64,000 nt of DNA from an uncultured Gemmatimonadales bacterium (GCA_963779755.1 CAVZZO010000001.1:2272001-2336000); one strand, 5' to 3'. Numbered from the stretch's first letter, positions 50,945 to 61,516 are shown. Made by a program: numbers and translations. Notes: generated from the letters alone by a model not told the origin.

Positions 50945-51036
50945 CGGTAAGCGGTGAGGGGTAAGCGGTGAGCGGGAGTGCCTGCCTGGAGATGGAGGCG
51001 CGTGCCCGCTCACCGCTTACTGCTTACCGCTCACCG
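50945..51036. repeat. Inverted GCGGT[A/G]A heptamer element, sibling of 31936-32023
   Basis: cggtaagcggtgaggggtaagcggtgagcggg ... cccgctcaccgcttactgcttaccgctcaccg. Confidence 0.9.
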
Positions 51037-51098
51037 TAAGGAACCGACCACGCTCTCAGGACGTTAGGTTAGGAAAGGAACCATACGAGGAGTCCCCC

Positions 51099-52019
51099 AT
51101 GCTCATCCGCCGTCCACCCGACATTGCGTCCTCCGAGATCACTCCCGAGGGGCTGTACCGCAGCCGGCGGGAGTTTCTCCAGGGGCTGGCGGCGGCGGGT
51201 CTGGCGGCGGCGGGGACGGCCCTGCTGCCGCGGTCGGCGCGCGGCGCAGTAGCTCCGGCCGACCCGGACAAGCCGACCTCGTATGAGGCGATCACCACCT
51301 ACAACAACTACTACGAGTTCGGCACCGGGAAAGGCGATCCCAGCGACAACGCCGGGGGCCTCAAGACCAGCCCGTGGAACATCACGGTCGAGGGCGAGGC
51401 GGGGAAGACCGGGACCTTCGCGGTCGAGGACCTGCTCAAGGGCTTCACCCCGGAAGAGCGGATCTACCGGCACCGCTGCGTCGAGGCCTGGAGCATGGTC
51501 ATCCCCTGGATGGGGATCCCGCTGCGGCAGGTGATCAACCGGCTGGAGCCGACCTCGAAGGCGCGCTACGTCCAGTTCACCACCCTGTACGATCCGAAGC
51601 AGATGCCGGGGCAGCGCTACAATATCCTGGACTGGCCCTATGTCGAGGGGCTGCGCATGGACGAGGCGCTGCACCCGCTGACGCTGCTGGTGACGGGGAT
51701 CTACGGCAAGCCGCTGCTCAACCAGAACGGGGCGCCCCTCCGGCTCTGTATTCCCTGGAAGTACGGCTTCAAGGGCGGCAAGGCGATCGTCAAGATCCGA
51801 TTCCAGGAAACTCAGCCGCGCAACACCTGGAATATCGCGGCACCCGACGAGTACGGCTTCTACGCCAATGTGAACCCCCACGTGGACCATCCCCGCTGGA
51901 GCCAGGCGAAGGAGCGCCGCATCGGCGAGTTCTTCAAGCGCCCCACCCTCATGTTCAACGGCTACGCCGACCAGGTGGCGAGCCTCTACACCGGCATGGA
52001 TCTGCGGGTGAACTTCTGA
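51099..52019 (+). CDS. msrP: Protein-methionine-sulfoxide reductase catalytic subunit
   Basis: SEITPE, Tat [42 protein letters not shown]. Confidence 0.95.
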   Translation: MLIRRPPDIASSEITPEGLYRSRREFLQGLAAAGLAAAGTALLPRSARGAVAPADPDKPTSYEAITTYNNYYEFGTGKGDPSDNAGGLKTSPWNITVEGEAGKTGTFAVEDLLKGFTPEERIYRHRCVEAWSMVIPWMGIPLRQVINRLEPTSKARYVQFTTLYDPKQMPGQRYNILDWPYVEGLRMDEALHPLTLLVTGIYGKPLLNQNGAPLRLCIPWKYGFKGGKAIVKIRFQETQPRNTWNIAAPDEYGFYANVNPHVDHPRWSQAKERRIGEFFKRPTLMFNGYADQVASLYTGMDLRVNF

Positions 52020-52684
52020 TGGCGCTGAAGCGCAGCACCCGGATCGGGCTCAAGGTGATGCTGTGGCTGGGGGCGCTGGTGCCGCTGGGGCTCCTGGGGT
52101 GGGCCATCTACACCGGCGAGCTGCTCCAGACCGAGCCGGTGAAGAATATCCAGCACCGGACCGGCCTGGCCGCGCTGATCCTGCTCTTCTGCACCTTGGC
52201 CATCACCCCCCTGCGCCGGCTGACCGGCTGGAATGACCTCATCAGGTTCCGCCGGCCGCTCGGGCTCTTCGCCTTCTTCTATGCCACGCTGCATGCCTTC
52301 AGCTACTTCGTCTTCGACCAGCAGCTCTCGCCCACCGGCATCGCCACCGACGTGGCGAAGCACCCCTGGGTGCTGGTGGGCTTCACCGCGTTCATCCTGC
52401 TCATTCCGCTTGCGCTGACGTCCACGAAGGCCTCGATCCGCCGACTGGGCGGCAGACGTTGGCAGCGGCTGCACCAGCTCATCTATATCACGGCCGCCCT
52501 GGGCGTGCTGCACTTCCTCTGGCTGGTGAAGAAGGACGAGCGGGAACCGGTGCTGTACGGCGTCGTCCTTATCGCTCTACTCGGGCTGCGGCTCGTGCCA
52601 TTAGAAAGGCTGCGGCGGTTGGGAAAGGGACCGGGCATCAGGCACCAGGAATCAGGAAGCCGCACCCCGCTCCCCGATTCATGA
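52019..52684 (+). CDS. msrQ: Protein-methionine-sulfoxide reductase heme-binding subunit
   Basis: HRTG, LAITPLR, RRPLGLFAFFYATLH, PLALTS, WQRLHQLIY. Confidence 0.93.
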   Translation: MALKRSTRIGLKVMLWLGALVPLGLLGWAIYTGELLQTEPVKNIQHRTGLAALILLFCTLAITPLRRLTGWNDLIRFRRPLGLFAFFYATLHAFSYFVFDQQLSPTGIATDVAKHPWVLVGFTAFILLIPLALTSTKASIRRLGGRRWQRLHQLIYITAALGVLHFLWLVKKDEREPVLYGVVLIALLGLRLVPLERLRRLGKGPGIRHQESGSRTPLPDS

Positions 52685-52733
52685 ACCCGGGCCGGGGCCT
52701 GGTCCCTGGTCCCTGGTCCCTGATTTCTGATTT
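52627..52733. repeat. Inverted heptamer array overlapping the msrQ 3' end
   Basis: gggaccgggcatcaggcaccaggaatcagga ... cctggtccctggtccctggtccctgatttctgattt. Confidence 0.8.
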
Positions 52734-52741
52734 CTCGTCCC

Positions 52742-52770
52742 TTGACAGGGTGCGCTTTGTGACGTAAAGT
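52742..52770 (+). promoter_or_regulatory. Near-consensus sigma70 promoter
   Basis: TTGACA, 17 nt, TAAAGT. Confidence 0.7.
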
Positions 52771-52805
52771 ACTTCGGGAACCGACCACCGCCCGGAGCTC
52801 CGTCC

Positions 52806-53221
52806 ATGTCCGCCCTCACCCGCTTCTTCTATCCGCTGCCCGATTTTCGGCGGACGCCGCTCTCCCTCCTGCGCTGGTGGGAGTCACGGCGGCTGCAAGT
52901 ACAACCTCCTGGTCGGCGGCGCCGGACTGGTCAGCCTGGCCATGATGGGGTTCATGGCGCTCCTCCCTCCCCACCCCTGGCCGGTCCGCTTCCCGCCGCT
53001 TGGCCTGATCCTGGTCTATGGCGTCATAGCCAACATCTGCTACGGCCTGGGCTGGCTGACCGAGACGGCCATGGTGCGGCTCTGGGGCGAGGAGGCCCCG
53101 CTGGCGGGGCCGGTGCATGTGGCGGCAGGGGGTGATCTTCTCGGTGATGCTGACGTTGCTGCCCATTCTGCTGGCGGGGGCGGACTGGGTGATACGGGTG
53201 GTGAGGTTCCTGACAGGCTGA
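52806..53221 (+). CDS. Small multi-TM hypothetical protein with two apparent +1 insertions
   Basis: Removing one base near 52897 and one near 53117 gives ...WWESRRLQYNLLVG...GPVMWRQGVIFSVMLTLLP...RFLTG*. Confidence 0.55.
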
Positions 53222-53226
53222 TGTAA

Positions 53227-53296
53227 GGGATCAGGAACCAGGAATCGGGAATCAGGGCACCCCACCCCGGTTCCTGATTCCTAATTCCTGGTCCCT
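53227..53296. repeat. Inverted GGAATCA heptamer element between convergent genes
   Basis: gggatcaggaaccaggaatcgggaatcaggg ... ccggttcctgattcctaattcctggtccc. Confidence 0.88.
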
Positions 53297-56200
53297 ATCC
53301 TCCTGCCGCCGTCAGCCTCGCCACCCGTTCCCGCACTTCCTTCACCACCGGCTGCAGGTCCGGATCGGCCGCCTTCCACAGATCCAGCAGCTCGGTATAG
53401 CGGGCGAGCGCCGCCTTGGGTTCCCCTTCTGCTCTTCCAGCTCGCCGGCCCGCTTGAGCACGCCGGGTCTGGCGTTGGGGTCCCAGTTGAGAGGGAAGAT
53501 CGGGGCTGGGAGATAGCGATCGTACGCCGCCAGGGCCGAGTCGGGTCTGGCCCTGCATGTCCCAGGTGCGGCCGATCAGATCCATCGAGCAGCCGTTGCA
53601 GCGGAGATATCCCAGCCTGCTGGAAATAGCGGCGGGCCTCTGCGGGCCGCGTTCCGCCATCGCCACATAGCCCTGCGCGTCAGGTACTGTCCAGTGTTGC
53701 CGCAGGTCGGCCGGCACGCCCCGTTCCCAGCGGGTGAGCAGGCGCGGGCCTGGGGGACGCGGCCGCCTCCGAGCCAGATTGATGAGGCCTGACCCAGGGG
53801 CGTTCGCCGGCAGGAATGCTGTCGAGCGGATGGTGCTCGCAGGAGGGCCTCCAGGTCCCGGGCTGACCGGCTCCGGGTTCGCCCGCTGGTCGCCGTCAGG
53901 CCGCCGGCCAGGAGGACCAGCCGAGGACTTCGGCAACGGAACCGTTCGCGGTCTCCCGCTGCACCTGCTGGGCGATGATCGTCTCCGGCTTCCCGCAGGC
54001 GGCCCCGTACGATGAGGGCCGCGGCCTGTACGGCCCTGCCCCAGCGCTCGAAATTGGCCACTCCCCGGCCCCGCTCCACCAGCAGGCGGCCCAGCGCCGT
54101 GGCGGAATCTAGCCGGCCCTCCGCGTAGTTCAGCTCCGCCTCATAGCCGGTCGCCATCAGGTTGCCCGGAAGCTTGCGGGCTAGAGCGCCTGGAGGGTCC
54201 GTTCCGCCTCCGCCCTTTTCCCCGGCTGGAACTGCGCTTCCGTCAGACTGTTGAAATGCTGCCAGACGCTGCTGTCGTTGGCGACCAGCGCATGGTGCGC
54301 CAGCGATTCTGCCTGGGCGCAGAGATGCTGGGTCTGATAGACCGACGAGAGGTTGTTCAACGCGGCAGGGTTGTCCGGATCGGTGGCGAGCACGGCCCGG
54401 TAGGCCGCGATGGTCTGCTCCCGGTCGTGGCGACACGCCGGAGTAGTAGAACGCCGCCGCCAGATTCCGCTCGACCGGGGGCAGGCGGTCGCGGTGGCGG
54501 AAGGCCGCCGAGGCGGCGGCGACCATCTCACTGCGTTCGGCCCCCAGGTTGTCCAGGGTGACCGCCAGCTTGCGCCAGGCGGCGGCGAAGGCGGTATCCA
54601 CCGACACCGCCTGACGGTACAGCCCAATGGCCTGGTTGAAATCCCCCTCGTGCTCGGCGTGCTCACCCCGGGAGAAGAGCCGCAGCGCTTCCAGCGAAGA
54701 GGTCGTGACATCCTGCAGCGGCTGGGTATTCCGCAGCGAGCGATAGGACTCGCCGATCTGCTCCCGCACATGAGCGGAGAGGCGGTCCAGGGCGGGGAGG
54801 ATGCCGGCCTGGTCGGTGGCGGTCTCCCGCGCGGCCGTCAGCTCGACGCCGTCCTTGCCGCCCACCACCCGGGCCGACAGGACATAGCCCTGGCCCACCG
54901 ACGCGATCTCGCCCAGGATAAGGGCCGGCAACCCCTCCCGCTCGGCGATCTCCCGCGCGACGGTGCCGCTCACCCGGGTGCCCTGCGGACGCTCCATCCG
55001 CTGCAAGACGCTGCTCACCTCCTCGTCCCCCAGCACATGCACGGTCGGCGACTGCGACAGGTCGATCCGGAAGGCATCGCTGAGCGGCGCCGCCAGGGTC
55101 GAATCCGGCGTCTTGTTCTCGAAATCGGCTACCAGAATGCGCGCCTGGTCCGGCAGCTTGCCGGCCGAGACCAGCGTGGCCGCCGGCCCGATGCCGAACG
55201 CGCGCATGGCCATGAAGGCGCCCGCTGCCAGGGCCAGCACGGCGAAGGCGATGCCTCCGCCCATAAGCGCCTTCCGCCAGGTGAAGAGCCTCTTCATGCC
55301 CACCGGCGTCATGGTATGCACGCCGGTGGCGCGGGCCAGCGCGCGCTTCCGTTCCAGATAGCCGGTCAGCAGCATGATGGGCAGCCCGGCCGCCAGCAGC
55401 CCCAGCGCGCCCCAGAAGACCCAGTCGGGCAAGCCGGCGGCGTGGACCACCGCCCAGATCATCGCTGTCACCCCGATGGCGGCCAGAACGAAGAGGCCCG
55501 CCACCCTGGCAGGGTGCGCCTTGCGGGCCTTCGCCACGTAGTCCACTGCCGGTACCGGCTGGGTGCCCGTCGGGGTCATCCCGCCGCTGGGGGTGAGGAT
55601 GGTATCGAAGGCCGGCAGCAGATCCTCCACCCGCTCGTACCGGTCGGCCGGGCGCTTGGCCAGCGAGCGCATGATGACCTCGGCCAGGACGGGCGGGCAG
55701 GCGGGGCGGCGCGAGGTAACCGGGTCGGGCCGCTGGGTGACGTGTGCCGCCAGCACCATCTGCGGACTGGGGCCGGTGAAGGGCGGGGAGCCGGTCAGCA
55801 TCTCATACGCCATGGCGCCCAGAGCGTAGATGTCGGCCCGGTGGTCCACGTGCGGATCGGCCGCCGCCTGCTCCGGCGACATGTAGGCCGGCGTTCCCAG
55901 TGCCACGCCCAGGGATGTCAACGATGAGTCGCCGCTGCTGGAGGCCACCGCCTTGGCGACCCCGAAGTCGGTGACCACCGCGTGCCCGTCGGCCAGCAGG
56001 ACGTTGTCGGGCTTGATGTCGCGGTGCACCACGCCCTCGCGGTGGGCGTAGGCCAGCGCGTCGGCCACCTCGCGCAGGATGCGCACCGTCTGGCTCACCG
56101 ACAGCTCGCCCTCGCGGGCGAGCCGCGCGCGGAGTGATTCGCCCTTGATGAAAGGCATGACATAATACAGAAGATCGTCCGCGGAGCCCGCGGTAAGGAG

Positions 56201-56431
56201 GGGCACGACGTGGGGGTGCTGCAGCCGCGCGGCGAGCAGGATCTCCCGTTCGAAGCGCTCGGCGTTCACTCCGGCCGACATCTCGGGCGGGAGCACTTTG
56301 ATGACGACCTTCCGGCCCAGCCGGACCTCTTCCGCCAGGAAGACGCGGCTCATCCCGCCGCCGCCCAGCTCCTTCTCGAGGCGGTAGGTCTGGCCCACGG
56401 CCTGCTGGACCCGTTCCTGGAAGTCCCTCAT
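53295..56431 (-). CDS. Hanks-type Ser/Thr kinase-TM-TPR protein; 3' third broken by several frameshifts (sequencing error or pseudogene)
   Basis: GGGGMSRV, HRDIKPDN, DFG, YMSPEQ; segments homologous to the neighbouring paralogue occur in different frames, ending DLQPVVKEVRERVARLTAAGG*. Confidence 0.8.
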
Positions 56432-56489
56432 CGGTACTCCAGACAGCTCGGCAGCACGCCCGAGGCGGCCGTGCAGGAGATTCCTCGCA

Positions 56490-59400
56490 TCATCCGCCCT
56501 GCGCGGTCAGCGCGGCGATGCGGGACTTCACGTCGCGAACCAGCGGCTGGAGGTCGGCGTCGGCGTTCTTCCAGAGCGCCACGAACTTTCCGTACGACTC
56601 CAGTGCTCTGGCCCGGTCGCCCTTCTGTTCGTACAACTCACCCATCCGGCGGTAGGTGGGGCCCAGCGCCGGGTCGGCCCAGGCCAGACGGAACACGTCG
56701 GGGACCGTTGCCGACCTGTGGTAGTAGACCAGCGCGGAATCAGGCTGTCCCAGGCGGTCGAACACCTGGCCGATCTCGAACTGTCCACAGGGGCCGCACC
56801 CGCTCTCGTCCGACCACTGCCGGTAGGCCGTGACCGCATCCGGCCACCGCTGCTCGGCGAAGGCGATATCGCCCTCCGCCTTCAGTCGCAGCGGCTGGCC
56901 CTTGCGCCAGCCCTCGGGTACCATGCGCTGGTATTCCGCCATCGTGCGCCGGGCTTCGTCCGTCTGTCCGGTCAGGGCGTAGGCGGCGGCGAGCATGGGG
57001 TACGGCCGGTCCTCCGGCCGTATCGAGGCCAGGGGGTAGCGGGCCAGTGCCGCTTTCAGGGTGGCCTGGGCTGCCGCGGGCTGCGCGTGAATGAAGGCCT
57101 GGTCGATGGCGATCCGGGCGGCCTCCATCAGGGCGGATCCGGGGATGTCGCGCGCGACGGCGCTCCCCGCCGCCTCTTCCCGGTACCGTTCGGCCTGCGC
57201 CAGTCGTCCCTGAGTGGCCGTGACCTGCGCCAACAGATCGAGACTGCGTGCCCGCCAGGCCTCGCTGCCCCTGGCGGAATCCAGCATCCGGCGGAATGCC
57301 CGCTCGGCGGCCGCGTAGTCCTGCCGGTTGCCGGCAATCACGCCGACGCCCATGATCGCTCCCGGGTCGCCCGGGGAGGCCTGCTGCCAACGGCTGAGGG
57401 TGGTATCGGCCGCATCCAGGTGGCCCTGATCCACCTGCGCCACCGCCAGGTTCTGGTAGAGGGTGCTGGCACCGGTCAGCCGGGCTCCGCGGGCCGCCAG
57501 GCTCTCGGCCTGGGCCATTTCGCCCCGGCGGTTCAGCTGGATGGAGAGATTGTTGAGTGCGATGTCGTTGTCCGGATCCCGGTCCAGGACCGCCCGGTAC
57601 GCCGCGATCGCCTGGGTGGGATCGTAGTTCACGATGTCGTAATACCACGCGGCCGTGAGATCGCCCTCGGTCGGCGGCAGCCGGTCGCGCAGCTGGAACG
57701 CGCGGGTGCCGGCGGCAATCTGCTGCGTCGCCGAGGCCTGGGTGTTGTACAGGGCGGCCGCCAGTTTGCGGTAGGCCATGGCGAAGGAGCTGTCCAGCCC
57801 GATGGCCTGGCGCAGCAGGGCAATGGCCCCGTCGAAGTCGCCCCGGTCGAAGAGATGATTGGCCTCGGTGTACTTCCGGAGCGCCTCCAGCGAGCCGGTG
57901 GTGACATCCTCCAGCGGCTGGGTCTGCCGGATGGAGACCAGCGACTCACCGATCCGCTCCCGCAGATCGCGGGAGAGTTCGTCCAGGGCCGGGATCAGGT
58001 GCGCGTCATCATCGGCGGTCTTGCGCACCGAGGCCAGCACTTTGCCGTCGGAGGTGGACACGACACTGGCCGAGAGGACGTAGCTCTGGCCCACCGGGTC
58101 GATCTGGCCGGTCACCACTGCCGTCACGCCCTCACGCTCGGCCAGCTCCCGGGCTACGTCCGGGGTAAGGTGCGCACCCGGTTTCTGCATCCGGCGCAGG
58201 CCGGCGGCGATCTGCCGCGGATCGAGCAGCTGCACCGCGCTGGACTGGGACAGGTCCACGCGGAAGGCTTCGGTGAGCGTGGGCCCCAGGGTGGAGTCGC
58301 TGGAGCGGTTGATAAAATCGGCCAGGAGGATGGGCTGGCTCCGCTCCAGCTTCCCGGAGGCCAGCAGGGTGCCTACCGGGCCGATGCCCAGGAGCCGCAT
58401 CCCGGTATACACCGCCGCCACCAGACCCAGCCCGGCGAATGCGATCCCGCCGCCCAGCAGGGCCTTGCGCCAGGTGAACAGCCGTTTCATGCCGACCGGC
58501 GTCAGGGTGTGTACGCCGGTGGCCCGGGCCAGCGCACGCTTCCGCTCGAAGTAGCCGGTGGCCAGTATGATCGGCAGCCCAACCACCAGGAGCCCGGCCG
58601 CACCAAGGAAGACCCAATCGGGCAGGCCCAGCCGGAGCATGATCCAGTACACCAGGCCCAGCACCGCGGCGGCGGCCAGCGCAAACATGATCCCCACGCG
58701 GACCGGATGGGCGCGGCGCGCCCTGGCTTCGTAGCTCACCGCCGGCACCGGCTGCGTGCCGGTGGGCGTCATTCCCGCCGTCGGTGTCATGCCCCCCGTG
58801 GGAGTGAGGAGCGCCATGAGCGGGCCGATCAGCTCCTCGCTCTTCTGCGGGCGGTCGGCCGGCCGCTTGGCCAGGCAGCGCATGACCAGCTCGGCCAGGG
58901 CGGGTGGACAACTGGGTCGCCGGGCGCCGAGCGGGTCGGGCGCCTGGGTGACGTGGGCCGCCAGCACCATCTGGGGGCTGGCCCCGGTGAAGGGCGGGCT
59001 GCCGGAGAGCATTTCATACGCCATCGCGCCCACGGCGTAGAGGTCGGCCCGGTGATCCACGTGAGGATCGGCAGCCGCCTGTTCCGGCGACATGTAGCTG
59101 GGGGTCCCCAGCGCGACGCCCAGTGAGGTGAGCGAGGAGGCGCCGGTGGAGGACGCCACCGCCTTGGCCACGCCGAAGTCGGTCACCACGGCGTGGCGCC
59201 GGCTGAGCATGACGTTGTCCGGCTTGATGTCGCGGTGGACGATCCCCTGCTCATGCGCGTAGGAGAGCGCGTCCAGCACATCGTGCAGGATGCGGATCAC
59301 TTCCGGAATGGGCAGCTCGCCCTCCCGGGCCAGCTTGGCGCGGAGCGACTCGCCCTCGATGAAGGGCATGACGTAGTACAGCAGGTCGCCGGAGGCGCCG

Positions 59401-59642
59401 GCGGTGAGCAGGGGAACGATATGCGGGTGCTGCAGTTTGGCGGCCAGCTGGATTTCGCGCTCGAACCGCTCCACGTTCACGCCGGCCGACATCTCGGGCG
59501 GCAGCAGCTTGATGACCACCTTGCGGCCGAGGCGGACCTCTTCGGCGAGGAAGACGCGGCTCATGCCGCCCCCACCGAGTTCCTTCTCGATACGGTAGGC
59601 GTCGCCGACAGCCGTCTGAAGACGGTCGCGCAGGTCGGTCAT
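56490..59642 (-). CDS. Hanks-type Ser/Thr kinase with TM helices and C-terminal TPR domain
   Basis: Start MTDLRDRL; HRDIKPDN, DFG, YMSPEQ; three hydrophobic segments; TPR-like helices. Confidence 0.92.
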   Translation of the reverse strand: MTDLRDRLQTAVGDAYRIEKELGGGGMSRVFLAEEVRLGRKVVIKLLPPEMSAGVNVERFEREIQLAAKLQHPHIVPLLTAGASGDLLYYVMPFIEGESLRAKLAREGELPIPEVIRILHDVLDALSYAHEQGIVHRDIKPDNVMLSRRHAVVTDFGVAKAVASSTGASSLTSLGVALGTPSYMSPEQAAADPHVDHRADLYAVGAMAYEMLSGSPPFTGASPQMVLAAHVTQAPDPLGARRPSCPPALAELVMRCLAKRPADRPQKSEELIGPLMALLTPTGGMTPTAGMTPTGTQPVPAVSYEARARRAHPVRVGIMFALAAAAVLGLVYWIMLRLGLPDWVFLGAAGLLVVGLPIILATGYFERKRALARATGVHTLTPVGMKRLFTWRKALLGGGIAFAGLGLVAAVYTGMRLLGIGPVGTLLASGKLERSQPILLADFINRSSDSTLGPTLTEAFRVDLSQSSAVQLLDPRQIAAGLRRMQKPGAHLTPDVARELAEREGVTAVVTGQIDPVGQSYVLSASVVSTSDGKVLASVRKTADDDAHLIPALDELSRDLRERIGESLVSIRQTQPLEDVTTGSLEALRKYTEANHLFDRGDFDGAIALLRQAIGLDSSFAMAYRKLAAALYNTQASATQQIAAGTRAFQLRDRLPPTEGDLTAAWYYDIVNYDPTQAIAAYRAVLDRDPDNDIALNNLSIQLNRRGEMAQAESLAARGARLTGASTLYQNLAVAQVDQGHLDAADTTLSRWQQASPGDPGAIMGVGVIAGNRQDYAAAERAFRRMLDSARGSEAWRARSLDLLAQVTATQGRLAQAERYREEAAGSAVARDIPGSALMEAARIAIDQAFIHAQPAAAQATLKAALARYPLASIRPEDRPYPMLAAAYALTGQTDEARRTMAEYQRMVPEGWRKGQPLRLKAEGDIAFAEQRWPDAVTAYRQWSDESGCGPCGQFEIGQVFDRLGQPDSALVYYHRSATVPDVFRLAWADPALGPTYRRMGELYEQKGDRARALESYGKFVALWKNADADLQPLVRDVKSRIAALTAQGG

Positions 59643-59763
59643 GGCCCTCAGGGGAGGGGGAGAGGCTGGAAGTCCACTAAAGGTATAGGTATAGCACTCC
59701 CGGGGCCAGACAGTTCCCCTGCGTTGCCTGCTGCTGTCGGGGCTGCTAGCTTCCGGCCCCGAG

Positions 59764-60309
59764 ATGCCACCCACCCGTACCACCCTCCTGGATGAGCGTG
59801 CCATGGGCCGCGCGCTGGCCCGCATGGCTTCCGAAATCGTGGAAAAGAGCGGTGGAACCGACGGCCTGGTGCTGGTCGGGATCCAGCGCCGCGGAGTCGA
59901 GTTGTCGGAGCGGCTGGCTCACCTGATCGAGCAATCCGCAGGGGGCAGCATTCCCCGCGGCAAGCTCGATATCACCCTCTATCGCGACGATCTCCAGGCC
60001 ATCGGCCCGCGGCCCATCGTGGCCGAGACGAAGCTGCCGCCCGACCTGGACGGCCAGACCGTCGTGATCGTGGATGACGTGCTCTACACCGGTCGCACGG
60101 TGCGGGCGGCACTGGACGAGTTCGCCGACTTCGGGCGGCCGCGCCGCTTTCTGCTCTGCGTGCTGGTGGACCGGGGCGGTCGTGAGCTGCCGATCCAGGC
60201 CGATATCGTGGGCAGGAAGGTCACTGCCGGCCCCGCCGAGCGGGTGGACGTGGCGGTGAGGGAGCTGGACGGCCGGGATGCGGTCGAGCTGGTGCGGGGG
60301 GACGGATAA
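59764..60309 (+). CDS. pyrR: Pyrimidine operon regulator / uracil phosphoribosyltransferase
   Basis: LDITLYRDD, VDDVLYTGRTVRAAL, VDRGGRELPIQAD. Confidence 0.95.
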   Translation: MPPTRTTLLDERAMGRALARMASEIVEKSGGTDGLVLVGIQRRGVELSERLAHLIEQSAGGSIPRGKLDITLYRDDLQAIGPRPIVAETKLPPDLDGQTVVIVDDVLYTGRTVRAALDEFADFGRPRRFLLCVLVDRGGRELPIQADIVGRKVTAGPAERVDVAVRELDGRDAVELVRGDG

Positions 60310-60339
60310 GGATGAAAGGGAAAGGTGTAGTGGCGATTA

Positions 60340-60530
60340 ACCGCGAAGGCGCGAAGAGCGCGAAGTACGCAAAGACTGCTCTTTGTGGGGAGACTCCTTC
60401 GGTCTCCGGCCTGAAATGCCGCCACCCCAGAGTTCGGCGTCCCGTGAATCCGCGGTATAGGCCGGGAGCACGACTGCAATCCCACCACACAAGATCTTCG
60501 CGTCCTTCGCGCTCTTCGGGTCTTCGCGGT
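60340..60530. repeat. 191-bp element with 36-bp terminal inverted repeats built from CGCGAAG-containing 9-mers
   Basis: accgcgaaggcgcgaagagcgcgaagtacgcaaaga / tcttcgcgtccttcgcgctcttcgggtcttcgcggt (32/36 match). Confidence 0.88.
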
Positions 60531-60553
60531 AGACCTGCCGGGAGGGTGGCGGC

Positions 60554-61516
60554 GTGACCGGGCTCGCGCTGGGCAAGGACCTGATCGGGCTCGAGCCGCT
60601 CTCGGCCGAGCAGATCCGGCTCATCCTGGACACCGCCGAGCCGTTCAAGGAAGTGAGCGAGCGGCCCATCAAGAAGGTGCCGGCGCTCCGGGGCAAGACC
60701 ATCGTCAATCTCTTCTTCGAAGCCAGCACGCGCACCCGCATCTCCTTCGAGTTTGCCGAGAAGCGCCTCTCGGCCGACACGGTGAACGTGGCGGCGGTGG
60801 GCTCCTCGGTCAGCAAGGGCGAGACCCTGGTGGATACCGCCCGCAACCTGGAGGCGATGCGGATCGACATGGTGGTGATCCGCCACTGGGCCTCGGGCTC
60901 GGCCCGCTTCCTGGGCGACCGCATCCGCTCCAACGTGGTGAACGCGGGCGACGGCCAGCACGAGCACCCCACCCAGGGCCTGCTCGACATGCTCACCCTG
61001 CGCGACAAGTTCGGGAAGATCGAAGGCCTCAAGATCGCCATCGTGGGCGACGTGCTGCACAGCCGGGTGGCCCGGAGCAATATCTGGGGCCTCACCAAGC
61101 TGGGTGCGGAGGTGGCGGTGTGCGGGCCGGCCACGCTCATGCCGCGCGGCATCGAATCGCTGGGCGTGCGGGTGATTCCCCATGTGGAAGACGCCATCCA
61201 GTGGGCCGATGCGCTCAACATTCTGCGGCTGCAGCTGGAGCGCATGCAGTCGGGTTTCATTCCCTCCCTACGCGAGTACAACCGGGTGTTCGGGGTGAGC
61301 CGGGAGCGGCTGGAGCGGGCGCCCCGCGACCTGGTCATTCTGCATCCCGGGCCCATGAACCGCGGGGTGGAGATCGACAGCGACGTGGCCGACGGACCCC
61401 ACAGCGTCATCCTGCCGCAGGTCACCAACGGCGTGGCGGTGCGCATGGCGGTGCTCTACCTGCTGGCCGGCGGCTCGCCCGACTGGGCGGCGCCGCCCGA
61501 GGGCCGGGACGTATGA
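60554..61516 (+). CDS. pyrB: Aspartate carbamoyltransferase catalytic subunit
   Basis: [39 protein letters not shown]. Confidence 0.96.
   Translation: MTGLALGKDLIGLEPLSAEQIRLILDTAEPFKEVSERPIKKVPALRGKTIVNLFFEASTRTRISFEFAEKRLSADTVNVAAVGSSVSKGETLVDTARNLEAMRIDMVVIRHWASGSARFLGDRIRSNVVNAGDGQHEHPTQGLLDMLTLRDKFGKIEGLKIAIVGDVLHSRVARSNIWGLTKLGAEVAVCGPATLMPRGIESLGVRVIPHVEDAIQWADALNILRLQLERMQSGFIPSLREYNRVFGVSRERLERAPRDLVILHPGPMNRGVEIDSDVADGPHSVILPQVTNGVAVRMAVLYLLAGGSPDWAAPPEGRDV

Noticed and set aside
50030..51013. Short ORFs across the REP-like array and the tRNA
   Set aside because: Translations of repeat units or antisense to the tRNA
53295..59642. Diversity-generating retroelement acting on the kinase or permease paralogues
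   Set aside because: No reverse transcriptase and no template/variable repeat pair with adenine-specific differences seen
59655..59680. PyrR-binding loop (gagaggctggaag) upstream of pyrR
   Set aside because: Lacks the preceding AGUCC element and any terminator/antiterminator; probably coincidental
60312..60557. 81-aa ORF between pyrR and pyrB
   Set aside because: Mostly a translation of the nonamer repeat arms, with no protein-like features
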